The translations under genes were made by a program, and so were the position numbers. Below are positions 47,350-57,119 of a DNA stretch of 64,000 nucleotides, in pieces. The first letter of the stretch is position 1, and each line of letters starts with the position of its first letter. The stretch is from Alphaproteobacteria bacterium (GTDB lineage Bacteria > Pseudomonadota > Alphaproteobacteria > Bin95): the NCBI GenBank assembly GCA_965205265.1, contig CBDBGH010000003.1, positions 4,032,001-4,096,000 on the forward strand, read 5' to 3'. The notes below the pieces were generated by a model, which ran no database searches, was not told the DNA's origin, and saw nothing but the letters and a program-made list of their open reading frames with translations.

Positions 47350-48249
47350 TTATCCGCTTCGTTCGAGAGCCGTCTCGCGCACGATCTGCAGCAGGCGGCG
47401 GAACGGGGGCAGCTCCTCGGCGGAGCGGCGCACGACACAACCCGACCGGTAGCGGGAAAGCCCGATCGGTGCCGGCAACGGCCGAATGAACTGTTCCGGA
47501 AGCCGTTCCAGAAAGGAAAACGGCAGCAGGGCGAGATAGGGGCCGCCGTTCAGGACCGACAGGCAGGCGCTGCCGGTCTGGACGACGGTTTTCGCGCGGA
47601 CATTCGTGGCCTCGTAGAGCCGGTCCAGAAGGACGGCCAGCGAGGGCTCGCGGCAAAAGTCGATCCAGGGATATCGAACGAGGTCTTCGTTGGAGACATC
47701 GCGGGAGAAGAGCGGATGGTCGCGCCAGGCGACGATGCCCGCGGTCACATCCAGAAAGCGCTCGCGCCTGAGCGATGCGTGCAGGCCTTCGCTGGCGTCG
47801 ATGCCGCCGCAATGCAGGTCGCTTTCGCCGTCGGCTAGCAGCCGCAGCCCTTCCTGGCGGCCGGCCATGTCGACCCTGACCTCGATCCCCGGACAGTCCT
47901 CGTGGAAGCGGGCCAGCGCTGCCGGCACGACCGTTTCGACCCATGTCGGGCTGGCGGTGATGCGGAAGCTGCCGGTTCGCCCCGACCGGGCCGCGTCCAG
48001 AACCTCTTCCGCAGCCTCGATCTCCCGCAGAATGCGCCTTGCGAGGCCGCTGACGGTACTGCCCAGCGCCGTCAGGCGCACGCCGTGGGGCAGGCGTTCG
48101 AACAGCCGGCCCCCGAATTGGCGCTCGAGCCGGGCGACGACGCGGGTGAGCGCCGGCTGGGTGATCGCCAGCCTGTCGGCCGCCGTGGCAATCCTGCCCG
48201 CTTCGACCACCGCAAGGAACCGGACGAGATCGCTGCGTTTCTCGAACAT
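47350..48249 (-). CDS. LysR family transcriptional regulator
   Basis: FLAVVE.G....AA..L.ITQPALT.....LE...G..LFER....V.LT..G. Confidence 0.9.
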   Translation of the reverse strand: MFEKRSDLVRFLAVVEAGRIATAADRLAITQPALTRVVARLERQFGGRLFERLPHGVRLTALGSTVSGLARRILREIEAAEEVLDAARSGRTGSFRITASPTWVETVVPAALARFHEDCPGIEVRVDMAGRQEGLRLLADGESDLHCGGIDASEGLHASLRRERFLDVTAGIVAWRDHPLFSRDVSNEDLVRYPWIDFCREPSLAVLLDRLYEATNVRAKTVVQTGSACLSVLNGGPYLALLPFSFLERLPEQFIRPLPAPIGLSRYRSGCVVRRSAEELPPFRRLLQIVRETALERSG

Positions 48250-48688
48250 GTCGCGATTCAGCAAGTAACCGGGACCGAACAAATTCGTAGAATGCGGAAC
48301 ATGTATTGCCTGACCGTCCAGCGTCGAACCCATGCGCCGGCAGCCGGACTATGGAGCTGGCTTGTCGCCAGGAGCCCGATACGGCGCGCCCTCGAAGCGG
48401 ATTGAGTAAAGGACTGAAAACCGAAATGAAAATGCCGGGGCGGTGAAAATCCATGCCGGAAGTGCATAGCCTGCCATGCGCCTCCTCCATGCTCCCGGAT
48501 TCGGTTGTTCTTGACCTAAATCAAGTATTTTTGTCCGCCCTTGGGGACGGCGAAGGGCCGGCATGCGCTCAAATGCCGCTGTTCGAACTGCGCCCGCGGC
48601 AGGCCCGAAAAGCGGATAGAGGCAGACTCCCCGTCTTCGCGCCGCCCCGTCCGGAGGGCATTCGCCGCCGGGGCGCGGCTTCCCGGGG

Positions 48689-49450
48689 TCAGGCGCGCAT
48701 GGAGGCGAAGCCCGCCCTGGCCGCCTGGAGGAGCAGGCTCGCATCGGTGCCGTAGCAGATGAAATCCACGCCCTCGCCGATCAGGCGCCGGCCGTCTTCC
48801 GGCGATCCGACCAGGCGGCCGATGCTCTTGCCGGCGGCGCGGGCGGCCGCGGCGATGCGCCTGTGGGCGGCGATGAAGTCCGGATGGTCGAACGCGCCCG
48901 GCGCGCCCAGGCTGCAGCTCAGGTCGAAATGGCCGATCCAGAGCAGATCGACCTCGGGCAGGGCGGCGATGGCCTCGACATTCTCGACGCCTTCGGCCGT
49001 CTCGATCAGGGGAATGCAGACGGTGCGGGCATTGGCGGCGGCCAGCGCCTCTTCGGGCCGGCCTGCGGCATAACGGTCGTGCGCCACCCCCAGCGCGACG
49101 CCGCGCACGCCGTCGGGCGGATATTTCATGTATCCCGCAAGCTCCCGCACTTCCTCGGCGGAGCCGGCCATCGGCAGCAGCAGCCCCTCGGCGCCGGCGT
49201 CCAGCGCGGTCGCGATATCGGGATAGGTCTTGCCTGCCCGGCGGACGAAATGCGGCATGCCGGCGGCTTCCAGATAACGGAGAATGCGCTTCAGCCCTTC
49301 GATGCCGATGCCGCTGTGCTCGCAATCGACGAAGACGAAGTCGGCCCCGGCCGCCCGGTAGATATGGCCGATGCCGGGGCTTTCGAATTCCATGATGCAG
49401 GCTCCGAGCTTGACGTCCCGGTGTCCGGCCATTTCTTTCAGGCTCGCCAT
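48689..49450 (-). CDS. HpcH/HpaI aldolase family
   Basis: DFVFVD.EHS, LDAGA.G, KYPP.G.RG, IET.EGVEN, G..DLS. Confidence 0.88.
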   Translation of the reverse strand: MASLKEMAGHRDVKLGACIMEFESPGIGHIYRAAGADFVFVDCEHSGIGIEGLKRILRYLEAAGMPHFVRRAGKTYPDIATALDAGAEGLLLPMAGSAEEVRELAGYMKYPPDGVRGVALGVAHDRYAAGRPEEALAAANARTVCIPLIETAEGVENVEAIAALPEVDLLWIGHFDLSCSLGAPGAFDHPDFIAAHRRIAAAARAAGKSIGRLVGSPEDGRRLIGEGVDFICYGTDASLLLQAARAGFASMRA

Positions 49451-49524
49451 AACGGCTCCCCATGTTGCAGGCTTGGGCGATACGCTATCCCGGAAGGCGG
49501 GACAGGGGAAAGGCAGGAGAAGCC

Positions 49525-50274
49525 ATGACGGCGCGATACGACTTCACGAACCAGGTTGCCATAGTCACGGGCGGCGCGCGGGGCATCGGCCTCGCCATAG
49601 CGCGGCGCCTCCACCGCGACGGCGCCGCGATTGCGGTCTGGGACCGCGATGCGGAGGCGGGCGAAGCCGCCGCGGCGGAACTCGGCGGGCGCGCGGCCGC
49701 CTTCGCCGTCGATGTGACGGACTACGCCGCCGTCGAGGCGGCGCTCGCGGCCACGGAGGCCCGGCTCGGGCCCGTTTCGATCCTCTGCAACAATGCCGGC
49801 ATCGCGGGCCCGGCCGGGCCCGCCTGGGACTATGCGCTCGAGGACTGGCACGCCGTCATCGACCTCGACCTCAACGGCGTCTATTACGGCTGCCGCGCCG
49901 CCCTGCCGGGCATGATGGCGCGCGGCTACGGGCGCATCGTCAACACGGCCTCCATCGCCGGCAAGGAGGGCAACGCCAATGCGGCCGCCTACAGTGCGGC
50001 CAAGGCGGCCGTCATCGGGCTCACCAAGTCGCTCGGCAAGGAGGCGGTCGGCACCGGCGTGCTGGTCAACTGCGTCGCGCCGGCGGCCGTCGAGACGGAC
50101 ATCTTCAAGCAGATCACCGAAGCGCATATCGAGATGATGCGCTCCAAGATCCCGATGGGCCGCTTCGGCACGGTCGAGGAAGTCGCCAATATCATCGCCT
50201 GGCTCAGCTCGTCGGAGTGCAGCTTCCAGACCGGCGCCGTCTTCGACGTGTCCGGCGGCCGCGCGACCTATTAG
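49525..50274 (+). CDS. short-chain dehydrogenase/reductase
   Basis: TGGARGIG, NNAGI, YSAAK, FD.SGGRA. Confidence 0.92.
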   Translation: MTARYDFTNQVAIVTGGARGIGLAIARRLHRDGAAIAVWDRDAEAGEAAAAELGGRAAAFAVDVTDYAAVEAALAATEARLGPVSILCNNAGIAGPAGPAWDYALEDWHAVIDLDLNGVYYGCRAALPGMMARGYGRIVNTASIAGKEGNANAAAYSAAKAAVIGLTKSLGKEAVGTGVLVNCVAPAAVETDIFKQITEAHIEMMRSKIPMGRFGTVEEVANIIAWLSSSECSFQTGAVFDVSGGRATY

Positions 50275-50372
50275 AGCGCGCCCCGTCCGGCCTCATTTAC
50301 CGTCGCCCCGGCCCCCGAGCCTTGCCGCATGCACACATCTGTCGGAGTTGGCCGAGCATCGCATTCCCCGCC

Positions 50373-50772
50373 GTCATGCCCGGACTTGTTCCACTGCTGT
50401 CCGGTTCAGCCGTCGGGCGAAGCCGGGCGGGCCTCGGTCGGGTTTTCGGGGGCGCGCGGCGTCCCCGGTCGGCCTCCTGTCCGTCATGCCCGAACGCCCC
50501 CCTTCGACAGGCTCAGGGCAGGCTCTTTCGTCATACCCGGACTTGTTCCGGGTATCTCTCTCAAGCGGCTCTGCCGGGCGGCCGTATGGATGCCCGGAAC
50601 AAGTCCGGGCATGACGATATGGGGGGCGGGTATGACGATGTGAGGGCCGGGCCGCCGGGCGTCGATCCGAGTCCCGATCCCGCCGAACCCCTCGAAACCC
50701 GGTTGAATCCAGGCCATGCGCCCTGCCCGCAAATCCTAAACCGGACAGCAATGGACTTGTTCCGGGCATGAC
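50373..50772. repeat. cluster of REP-like palindromes (GTCAT(G/A)CCCGGACTTGTTCCGGG family)
   Basis: Split outer palindrome plus inner inverted pair at about 50529-50616; related copy at 56157-56244. Confidence 0.75.
50392..50753. mobile_element. MITE-like non-autonomous element inserted in a REP palindrome
   Basis: IRs CACTGCTGTCCGGTTCAG / CTAAACCGGACAGCAATG (16/18); direct repeat GACTTGTTC at 50383-50391 and 50754-50762. Confidence 0.7.
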
Positions 50773-50987
50773 GGGAAGAGGGTCCGACCTTCTCTCCACT
50801 GGCTGCGGCGGCATCGGGAATCGGGGATGGGCTCCCGCTTTCGCGGGGGCGACGAATGGGGGGGACGGAGCGCGACGTTACTCGCCCGGCAGGCGCACCG
50901 CAGGCAAACAGAAATGTGCGAATCCGGTAGGCTCGGGGGCCGGGGCGACGCCGGTCGGGAGCCGTTTCAACCCGAACGGAGCGTGCG

Positions 50988-51767
50988 CTAGCGGTGCTGC
51001 CAGACGGGCTCGCGCTTGGCGATGAAGGCATCGACGCCTTCCTCGGCGTCGCGCATCTCCATGTTCGCCGCGATGACGCCGCTGGTATAGTCGTAGGCTT
51101 CGTCCAGCCCCATTTCGAGCTGGCGGTAGAAGGCTTCCTTGCCGATCTTCACCACCGCGCCCGACTTGCCGGCGATCTTCGCGGCAAGCGCCTGCGTCTC
51201 GGCCCTGAGCCCGGCCGCGGGCACGACCCGGTTGACGAGGCCGAAACGCCGCGCCGTCTCCGCGTCCATGAGCTCGCCCGTCAGCAGCATCTCCATGGCG
51301 TGCTTGCGCGACACCGCGCGCGACAGCGCCACCATCGGCGTGGAGCAGAACAGCCCGATATTGACGCCGGGCGTGGCGAAGCGGGCGTCCTCGCTCGCCA
51401 CGGCAAGGTCGCAGCTTGCGACGAGCTGGCAGCCGGCGGCGGTCGCGATGCCGTGGACGCAGGCGATCACGGGCTGGGGCTGGCGCACGATGCGCGTCAT
51501 CAATGCGCTGCATTCGGCGAACAGCAGGTCGTAGAAGGCGCGGTCGGGCGTGCCGCGGATTTCCTTCAGGTCGTGCCCGGCGCAATAGCCGGGGCCGTTG
51601 GCGGCGATCACCACGGCGCGCACCGAGCGGTCCTGGCCGATCTCCTCCAGCGCCGAGGACAGCGCCGCGATCATCGGGCGGGACAGCGCATTGCGCTGCG
51701 CCGGCCGGTTCAGGGTCAGCGTGGCGACGGCGTCCGCATCGTCGCGCAACAGGATCGGTTCGCCCAT
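50988..51767 (-). CDS. enoyl-CoA hydratase
   Basis: LTLNRP..RNALS, CAGHDLKE, ATAAGCQLVA.CDL, FATPGVNIGLFCSTP. Confidence 0.92.
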   Translation of the reverse strand: MGEPILLRDDADAVATLTLNRPAQRNALSRPMIAALSSALEEIGQDRSVRAVVIAANGPGYCAGHDLKEIRGTPDRAFYDLLFAECSALMTRIVRQPQPVIACVHGIATAAGCQLVASCDLAVASEDARFATPGVNIGLFCSTPMVALSRAVSRKHAMEMLLTGELMDAETARRFGLVNRVVPAAGLRAETQALAAKIAGKSGAVVKIGKEAFYRQLEMGLDEAYDYTSGVIAANMEMRDAEEGVDAFIAKREPVWQHR

Positions 51768-51805
51768 CGGTTCGGTCTCCCGTGCTGCAAACGGGCCGCG
51801 GCTCG

Positions 51806-51833
51806 TTGACAGGCGCGCGCATGCCGCTATGTT
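51806..51833 (+). promoter_or_regulatory. sigma70-like promoter of rplM-rpsI
   Basis: TTGACA-N16-TATGTT upstream of rplM. Confidence 0.5.
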
Positions 51834-51867
51834 GCGCCGCCCAAGCCGCTCCAGGGAAGAGTGACGG

Positions 51868-52329
51868 ATGAACACATACTCCGCCAAGCCGGCCGAGGTC
51901 GAGCGGAATTGGTGGCTGATCGACGCCGACGGTCTGGTGCTCGGCCGGCTCGCCTCCATCGTCGCCATGCGGCTGCGCGGCAAGCACAAGGCGCTTTACA
52001 CGCCTCACATCGATTGCGGCGACCATGTCGTCGTCGTCAATGCGGACAAGGTGGCGCTGACCGGCGCGAAGGAAGACGACAAGGTCTATTACCGGCACAC
52101 CGGCTATCCGGGCGGCATCCGCTCGCGGACGGTGCGCGAGCAGCGCGCCCGGCGCCCGGAGCAGATTGTCGTCAAGGCCGTCGAGCGGATGCTGCCCAAG
52201 ACGAAGCTCGGCCGGCAGGTCATCACGAAATTGCATGTCTATGCAGGCCCCGAGCACCGCCACGCCGGCCAGAAGCCCGCGCCGCTCGACATCGCCGCCA
52301 TGAACCCCAAGAACGCCAGGAGGGCCTGA
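51868..52329 (+). CDS. rplM: 50S ribosomal protein L13
   Basis: W.LIDA....LGRLAS, LRGKHK..YTPH.DCGD, HTGYPGG. Confidence 0.97.
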   Translation: MNTYSAKPAEVERNWWLIDADGLVLGRLASIVAMRLRGKHKALYTPHIDCGDHVVVVNADKVALTGAKEDDKVYYRHTGYPGGIRSRTVREQRARRPEQIVVKAVERMLPKTKLGRQVITKLHVYAGPEHRHAGQKPAPLDIAAMNPKNARRA

Positions 52330-52334
52330 AGGCC

Positions 52335-52829
52335 ATGGCCGAGGACACCCGCACGCTTGCCGACCTGAAGCAGGTCCTCGAAGGCGAGGAGGCGCCCGAG
52401 CGCCCGGCCCCGGCCGCCCCGGCGGCGCCGGAGATCGACAATTTCGGGCGGGCCTATGCCACAGGCAAGCGCAAGGAGTCGGTGGCGCGCGTCTGGATCC
52501 GCCCCGGCGCCGGCCGGGTGACGGTGAACGGCAGGCCGGAGGACACCTATTTCCCGCGGCCGACCCACCGGATGCTGATCGCCCAGCCCTTCGCAGCGGT
52601 CAACCGCACGAACCAGTACGATGTCATCTGCACGGTGCGCGGCGGCGGCCAGTCCGGCCAGGCCGGCGCGGTGCGCCACGGCATCGCCAAGGCGCTCACC
52701 TGCTTCGAGCCGGGCCTGCGCCCGGCGCTCAAGCAGGGCGGGTTCCTGACCCGCGATGCGCGCCGCGTCGAGCGCAAGAAATACGGCAAGCCGAAAGCGC
52801 GGCGCAGCTTCCAGTTCTCGAAGCGCTAG
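52335..52829 (+). CDS. rpsI: 30S ribosomal protein S9
   Basis: ATGKRK..VARV, GGG.SGQAGA.RHG, ERKKYG..KAR..FQFSKR. Confidence 0.97.
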   Translation: MAEDTRTLADLKQVLEGEEAPERPAPAAPAAPEIDNFGRAYATGKRKESVARVWIRPGAGRVTVNGRPEDTYFPRPTHRMLIAQPFAAVNRTNQYDVICTVRGGGQSGQAGAVRHGIAKALTCFEPGLRPALKQGGFLTRDARRVERKKYGKPKARRSFQFSKR

Positions 52830-52876
52830 CGCGCGGCCCGTTCGGGTTGCAGCGAGGCCGAGTGCGCAACCCCGAA

Positions 52877-52981
52877 TGTCACCCCGGACGGAGCGAAGCG
52901 GAGATCCGGGGTCCAGGTGATCGAGGTCTCCGCCGGGTTGCGCCGGCGGCGCTGGGCCCCGGCTCGGGGGCCGGGGCGACA
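52877..52981. repeat. REP-like palindromic element
   Basis: TGTCACCCCGGAC..GATCCGGGGTCCA ... GCCCCGGC..GCCGGGGCGACA; same family as 31088-31192. Confidence 0.6.
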
Positions 52982-53031
52982 ATAAACGAGGCCGGCGCGG
53001 GGGGCCGCGCCGAAGGCAAGGGAGAGCTCCC

Positions 53032-54081
53032 ATGCCCCAGATGGGAAACCGGGCCCGGGCGGCGATCCTGGGCGCGAGCGGCTATACCGGCGCGGAGCTG
53101 ATCCGCCTGCTGGCCCGCCATCCGCATATCGAGATCCGCACGCTGACCGCCGACCGGCGCGCGGGCGAGCCCTTCGGCCGGGTGTTCCCGCATCTGGCCG
53201 CGCTCGGCCTGCCGGACCTGGTGCGCATCGAGGATGTGGATTTCGGCGCCCATGACATCGTGTTCTGCTGCCTGCCGCACGGCACGACGCAGGAAACGGT
53301 GGCGGCGCTGCCGGAGCATCTGAAGGTGGTGGACCTGTCGGCGGATTTCCGCCTGGCCGACATCGGGACCTATGCGGAATGGTACGGCCATGCCCACCGG
53401 GCGCCGGAGCTGCAGAAGAGCGCGGTTTACGGGCTGACCGAGATCAAGCGCGGGCAGGTGGCGCGCGCGCGGCTGGTCGCCAATCCGGGCTGCTACCCGA
53501 CAAGCGCGCAGCTGCCGCTGGTCCCGCTCATCGAGGCGGGCGCGGTCGAGGCCCGCAACATCATCGTGGACGCGAAGTCGGGCGTCACCGGCGCCGGGCG
53601 GTCGCTCCGCGAGGACATCCTGTTTCCCGAGGTGCAGGACGGCATCCACGCCTATGGCATCGGCAGGCACCGCCATGCGCCGGAGATCGAGCAGGGGCTC
53701 GGCGAGGCGGCCGGCGCGCCCGTCACGGTCAGCTTCACGCCGCATCTGGCGCCGATGAACCGGGGCATCCTCTCCACCATCTATGTCGAGCTTGCCAATG
53801 GCGAGACGGCGGACGGGCTGAGGGACCGGCTCCGGGCGCGCTATGCGGATGAGCCCTTCGTGCATGTGCTGCCCTCCGGCGCGCCGGCGACCCGCCATGT
53901 GCGCGGCACCAACCGCTGCGATATCGGCGTGGCGGCGGACCGCGCGCCGGGCCGGGCGATCCTGGTTTCGGCCATCGACAACCTCGTCAAGGGCGCATCC
54001 GGCCAGGCCGTGCAGAACATGAACGCCATGCAGGGCTGGGAGGAGACGACGGGGCTCGAGCTGGAAGCCATGTATCCGTGA
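53032..54081 (+). CDS. argC: N-acetyl-gamma-glutamyl-phosphate reductase
   Basis: GASGYTG.EL, DLSADFR, ANPGCYPT, SGVTGAGR, HRH.PEI, DNLVKGASGQA. Confidence 0.96.
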   Translation: MPQMGNRARAAILGASGYTGAELIRLLARHPHIEIRTLTADRRAGEPFGRVFPHLAALGLPDLVRIEDVDFGAHDIVFCCLPHGTTQETVAALPEHLKVVDLSADFRLADIGTYAEWYGHAHRAPELQKSAVYGLTEIKRGQVARARLVANPGCYPTSAQLPLVPLIEAGAVEARNIIVDAKSGVTGAGRSLREDILFPEVQDGIHAYGIGRHRHAPEIEQGLGEAAGAPVTVSFTPHLAPMNRGILSTIYVELANGETADGLRDRLRARYADEPFVHVLPSGAPATRHVRGTNRCDIGVAADRAPGRAILVSAIDNLVKGASGQAVQNMNAMQGWEETTGLELEAMYP

Positions 54082-54608
54082 GGGGCAGGGTTCTGCCCTA
54101 TCGGGGCATCTGGCCGAAGCTCGGCGAGGATGTTTTCGTGGCGCCGGGCGCGGTGGTGGTCGGCGATGTCGAGATCGGGGCGGGCGCCAGCATCTGGTAC
54201 AACGCCGTGGTGCGCGGCGATGTCGGCCGCATCCGCATCGGCGCGGGCACGAATATCCAGGACGGGACGGTGGTGCATGTCACCGGCGGCGCCTTCGACA
54301 CGGTAATCGGCGAGGAGGTGCTGGTCGGCCACCGCTGCATGATCCATGGCTGCCGGCTGGAGGACCGCGCCTTCATCGGCATGAGCGCGACGGTGCTGGA
54401 CGGCTGCGTGGTGGAAGGCGATGCGATGCTCGCGGCCGGCTCCCTGCTCGCGCCCGGCAAGCGCATTCCGGCCGGCGAGCTCTGGGCCGGCATGCCCGCG
54501 AAGAAGATGCGCGACCTCGACCCCGCGGCGCTGGAAGGCTTCCGCCGCCAGGTCGCCCACTACGCCCGCAACGCCCAGCTCCACCGCGAGTCGCTGAAGG
54601 ACCTGTAA
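54078..54608 (+). CDS. gamma carbonic anhydrase family protein
   Basis: Hexapeptide repeats; VRGD, NIQD..VVH, GH...IHGC. Confidence 0.92.
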   Translation: MRGRVLPYRGIWPKLGEDVFVAPGAVVVGDVEIGAGASIWYNAVVRGDVGRIRIGAGTNIQDGTVVHVTGGAFDTVIGEEVLVGHRCMIHGCRLEDRAFIGMSATVLDGCVVEGDAMLAAGSLLAPGKRIPAGELWAGMPAKKMRDLDPAALEGFRRQVAHYARNAQLHRESLKDL

Positions 54609-54730
54609 ACAGCGTCCCGCCTCATGGCGTCGGCGAGGAACGCCTCCTCGTCCAGGCCCGCGGTGTAGCTCGCGATCGCCTCAGCCGATTCCGCTATATC
54701 CTGCAGCGCGAACAGCGGGTCACGCGGCAT
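54609..54730 (-). pseudogene. truncated HepT/DUF86 toxin (N-terminal about 40 aa only)
   Basis: MPRDP...L.DI.ES..AI..Y..G...E.F..D....DAV; ends at the gamma-CA stop; no RX4H motif. Confidence 0.7.
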
Positions 54731-55031
54731 ACACGGTCTCCCGCGACAGGTCGATATAGGCCTGCATGCGCGGACGCCGGACCGTCCCCATCCGGACCAG
54801 ATCGACCCTGCGCCCAAGGGTTTCGGCCAGGTCGGCCCGGAGACCCATGAAACGGTCGAACAGACCCGGCTGGAGCGGCGGCTGGAACTCGACGAGGAAG
54901 TCGGCGTCGCTTGTTTCCGGGTCGAAATCCGTCCCTCTGGCGGCCGAGCCGAACAGGTCGAGCCGCTGCACGCCGTAGCGGCGGCAGATGCGCGCGATCT
55001 CGTCTTTCCTGTCTGCGATCTCGGCGTGCAT
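54720..55031 (-). CDS. MNT nucleotidyltransferase antitoxin
   Basis: CRRYGV.RL.LFGSAARG.DF...SD.DFLVEF, LGR.VDLV. Confidence 0.87.
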   Translation of the reverse strand: MHAEIADRKDEIARICRRYGVQRLDLFGSAARGTDFDPETSDADFLVEFQPPLQPGLFDRFMGLRADLAETLGRRVDLVRMGTVRRPRMQAYIDLSRETVYAA

Positions 55032-55141
55032 GGTCCCAGCTTTTCGGTTGCCTGCGCCGCCCCGGGGTGGAGCCGTCAGCTTAACACGGATGGCAGGCCC
55101 GCAGCACGCATTTCCCCGGGAAGACCGCATGTCCAAAGCCA

Positions 55142-55315
55142 GCCGACTCCCTGTCCGTGCCCGGCAGGCACATCCCGAAAGGCGAGCTCCGGGCCGGCAT
55201 GCCCGCGAAGAAAATGCGCGACCTCGACGCGGCCGCGCTGGAAGGCTTCCGCCGCCAGGTCGCCCACTACGCCCGCAACGCCCAGGTCCACCGCCAGTCG
55301 CTGAAGGACCTGTAG
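55142..55315 (+). repeat. 174-bp imperfect direct repeat of the gamma-CA gene 3' end (copy of 54435-54608)
   Basis: Colinear match including GGGCCGGCATGCCCGCGAAGAA and GCGCTGGAAGGCTTCCGCCGCCAGGTCGCCCACTACGCCCGCAACGCCCAG through the stop codon. Confidence 0.92.
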
Positions 55316-55392
55316 GCGGCCATTGCCTTCCGGCCGGCGCTGATTCATGCTGCCGCGGTCCCGACAGACGAGGCGGTGCGGCGGTGGCGGAC

Positions 55393-56064
55393 ATGCTGAG
55401 ACCGGAGGATATCAGAGACCGGCCGGCCTATACGGTTCCGGAAGCGGCGGGCTATCTGAAAATGCCTGCGCCGACACTCCGGTCGTGGGTGCAGGTTGTC
55501 GACCGCCCCGATGTGCGCCGAAACACTGGCCCGGACCTGCTGATCGAGCCCGCTTGCGACAGCCCCTTGCGCCTTTCCTTCAACAATCTTGTCGAGTGCT
55601 ATACGCTTCGCGCACTTAGAACAAAGCACGGAGTATCGATACGGTCTGCAGTTATCGCCAAGGAAACGGCAAAAAAAGCGTGCAGGGAGGAAAGGCTGTT
55701 TCTGAGCGATCGATTGACGACAGACGCTGGCGAAATCTTTCTTGAAAAATATGGAGAACTTACCAATGTCACCAAGTCCGGCCAGCTTGCCATGAAGGCG
55801 ATATTGCAGGAATTGTTGAAATCGATCGATCGGGATGAGTTTCGCCTTCCCAAAAGATTGTATCCCGTCGATGGAGAAAACAGGATCATTGCTATCGATC
55901 CATACGTAGCGTTCGGCCGACCGGTTATTTCCTGCCGTGGAATTTCAACCGGCACAATTGTTGCGCGTTTGGATACAAATGAGACGGAAGAGGAAATTGC
56001 CGATGATTACGATTTGACATTGGAGGATGTCAGGCAAGCGGCAATTTACGAAAGAGCCGCCTGA
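55393..56064 (+). CDS. HTH + DUF433 antitoxin (VapB45-like)
   Basis: PAYT..EAA.YL..P..TLR.W, LSF.NLVE, IDP.V.FGRP, G......IA.DY.L....V..A; AT-richer codon usage. Confidence 0.8.
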   Translation: MLRPEDIRDRPAYTVPEAAGYLKMPAPTLRSWVQVVDRPDVRRNTGPDLLIEPACDSPLRLSFNNLVECYTLRALRTKHGVSIRSAVIAKETAKKACREERLFLSDRLTTDAGEIFLEKYGELTNVTKSGQLAMKAILQELLKSIDRDEFRLPKRLYPVDGENRIIAIDPYVAFGRPVISCRGISTGTIVARLDTNETEEEIADDYDLTLEDVRQAAIYERAA

Positions 56065-56156
56065 GTGTGATATTCTTTGGGACTTATGTGGACAGATGGA
56101 CGATAGGCTTGCGAGGCTTTGCGTTTTCTCTCCAGCTTCATGCCCGGCCCCCATAT

Positions 56157-56244
56157 CGTCATACCCGGACTTGTTCCGGGTATCTCCTGCCACCGCGGCC
56201 GCCGGACGGCCGCATGGATACCCGGAACAAGTCCGGGTATGACG
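56157..56244. repeat. REP-like inverted pair
   Basis: CGTCATACCCGGACTTGTTCCGGGTATC ... GATACCCGGAACAAGTCCGGGTATGACG. Confidence 0.8.
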
Positions 56245-56411
56245 GAAGGGGTGAGGTGCGACGGAAGAAATGTCGTTGATTCCCCGTCAACTATCTTTGT
56301 AATCCCCTATCCGGACAGCAGGTGATCGCCTCCTGCGTCTTTGACCGCGGCGGATGACGCGCCTTATCGTGTGCGGACCGAAATCCCCCGAACCGGAGGA
56401 AGGGACGCCCC

Positions 56412-57107
56412 ATGCCCGCCACCACGCCCGAAGTGAAGGCCGCCCTGGAGACCATTTTCGCAACGGACTCCGAGATCTACCGGGAGCGCGGCTTCCAGCG
56501 CCGCATCGGCTACGGCACGCGCCCCGCGCTGCTGGTCATCGACATGGCCAATGCCTGGACCCGGCCGGGCTATCCCTTCACCTGCGACAACATGGAGGAG
56601 ATCGTCCCCGCCAACCGGGCGCTGCTGGCCGCGGCGCGGGAGAAGCGGATTCCCGTCGTCTTCACCTCCACCGCCTACCGCAACCCGGCCGGGCCGCACC
56701 CGGACACGGGCCTCTGGCACCTGAAGATCCCGACCGAAACCCTGCTCGAAGGCTCGGAGGCCGCCGCCATCGACGACCGCCTTGCGCCCGAACCCGGCGA
56801 GCAGGTGATCCTGAAGAAGCGGGCGAGCGCCTTCCACGGCACCTGGCTCGCCGGCTATCTGCGCGCGCAGCGGGTGGACACGGTCATCGTCACGGGCGTC
56901 ACCATGGCGGGCTGCGTGCGCCACAGCGTCGAGGACGCCATCGCCGACGGCTTCCGCCCCATCGTGGTGCGCGAGGCGGTGGGCGACCGGGTGCCGGGCG
57001 CGGTGGAGTGGAACCTCTTCGACATCGACGCCAAATTCGGGGATGTGGAGCCGCTGGAAGCCGTGCTCGCCTATCTGAACGACCTGCCGGCGCTCGCCAA
57101 CGACTGA
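56412..57107 (+). CDS. isochorismatase family cysteine hydrolase (maleamate / N-carbamoylsarcosine amidase-like)
   Basis: PALLVID, K...SAF.GT, G....GCVR....DA...GF. Confidence 0.88.
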   Translation: MPATTPEVKAALETIFATDSEIYRERGFQRRIGYGTRPALLVIDMANAWTRPGYPFTCDNMEEIVPANRALLAAAREKRIPVVFTSTAYRNPAGPHPDTGLWHLKIPTETLLEGSEAAAIDDRLAPEPGEQVILKKRASAFHGTWLAGYLRAQRVDTVIVTGVTMAGCVRHSVEDAIADGFRPIVVREAVGDRVPGAVEWNLFDIDAKFGDVEPLEAVLAYLNDLPALAND

Positions 57108-57119
57108 GCCCGGCGCGGC

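Noticed and set aside
50329-51031. Short ORFs containing MPGLVPG / PGTSPGMT
   Set aside because: They are translations of REP-like palindromes.
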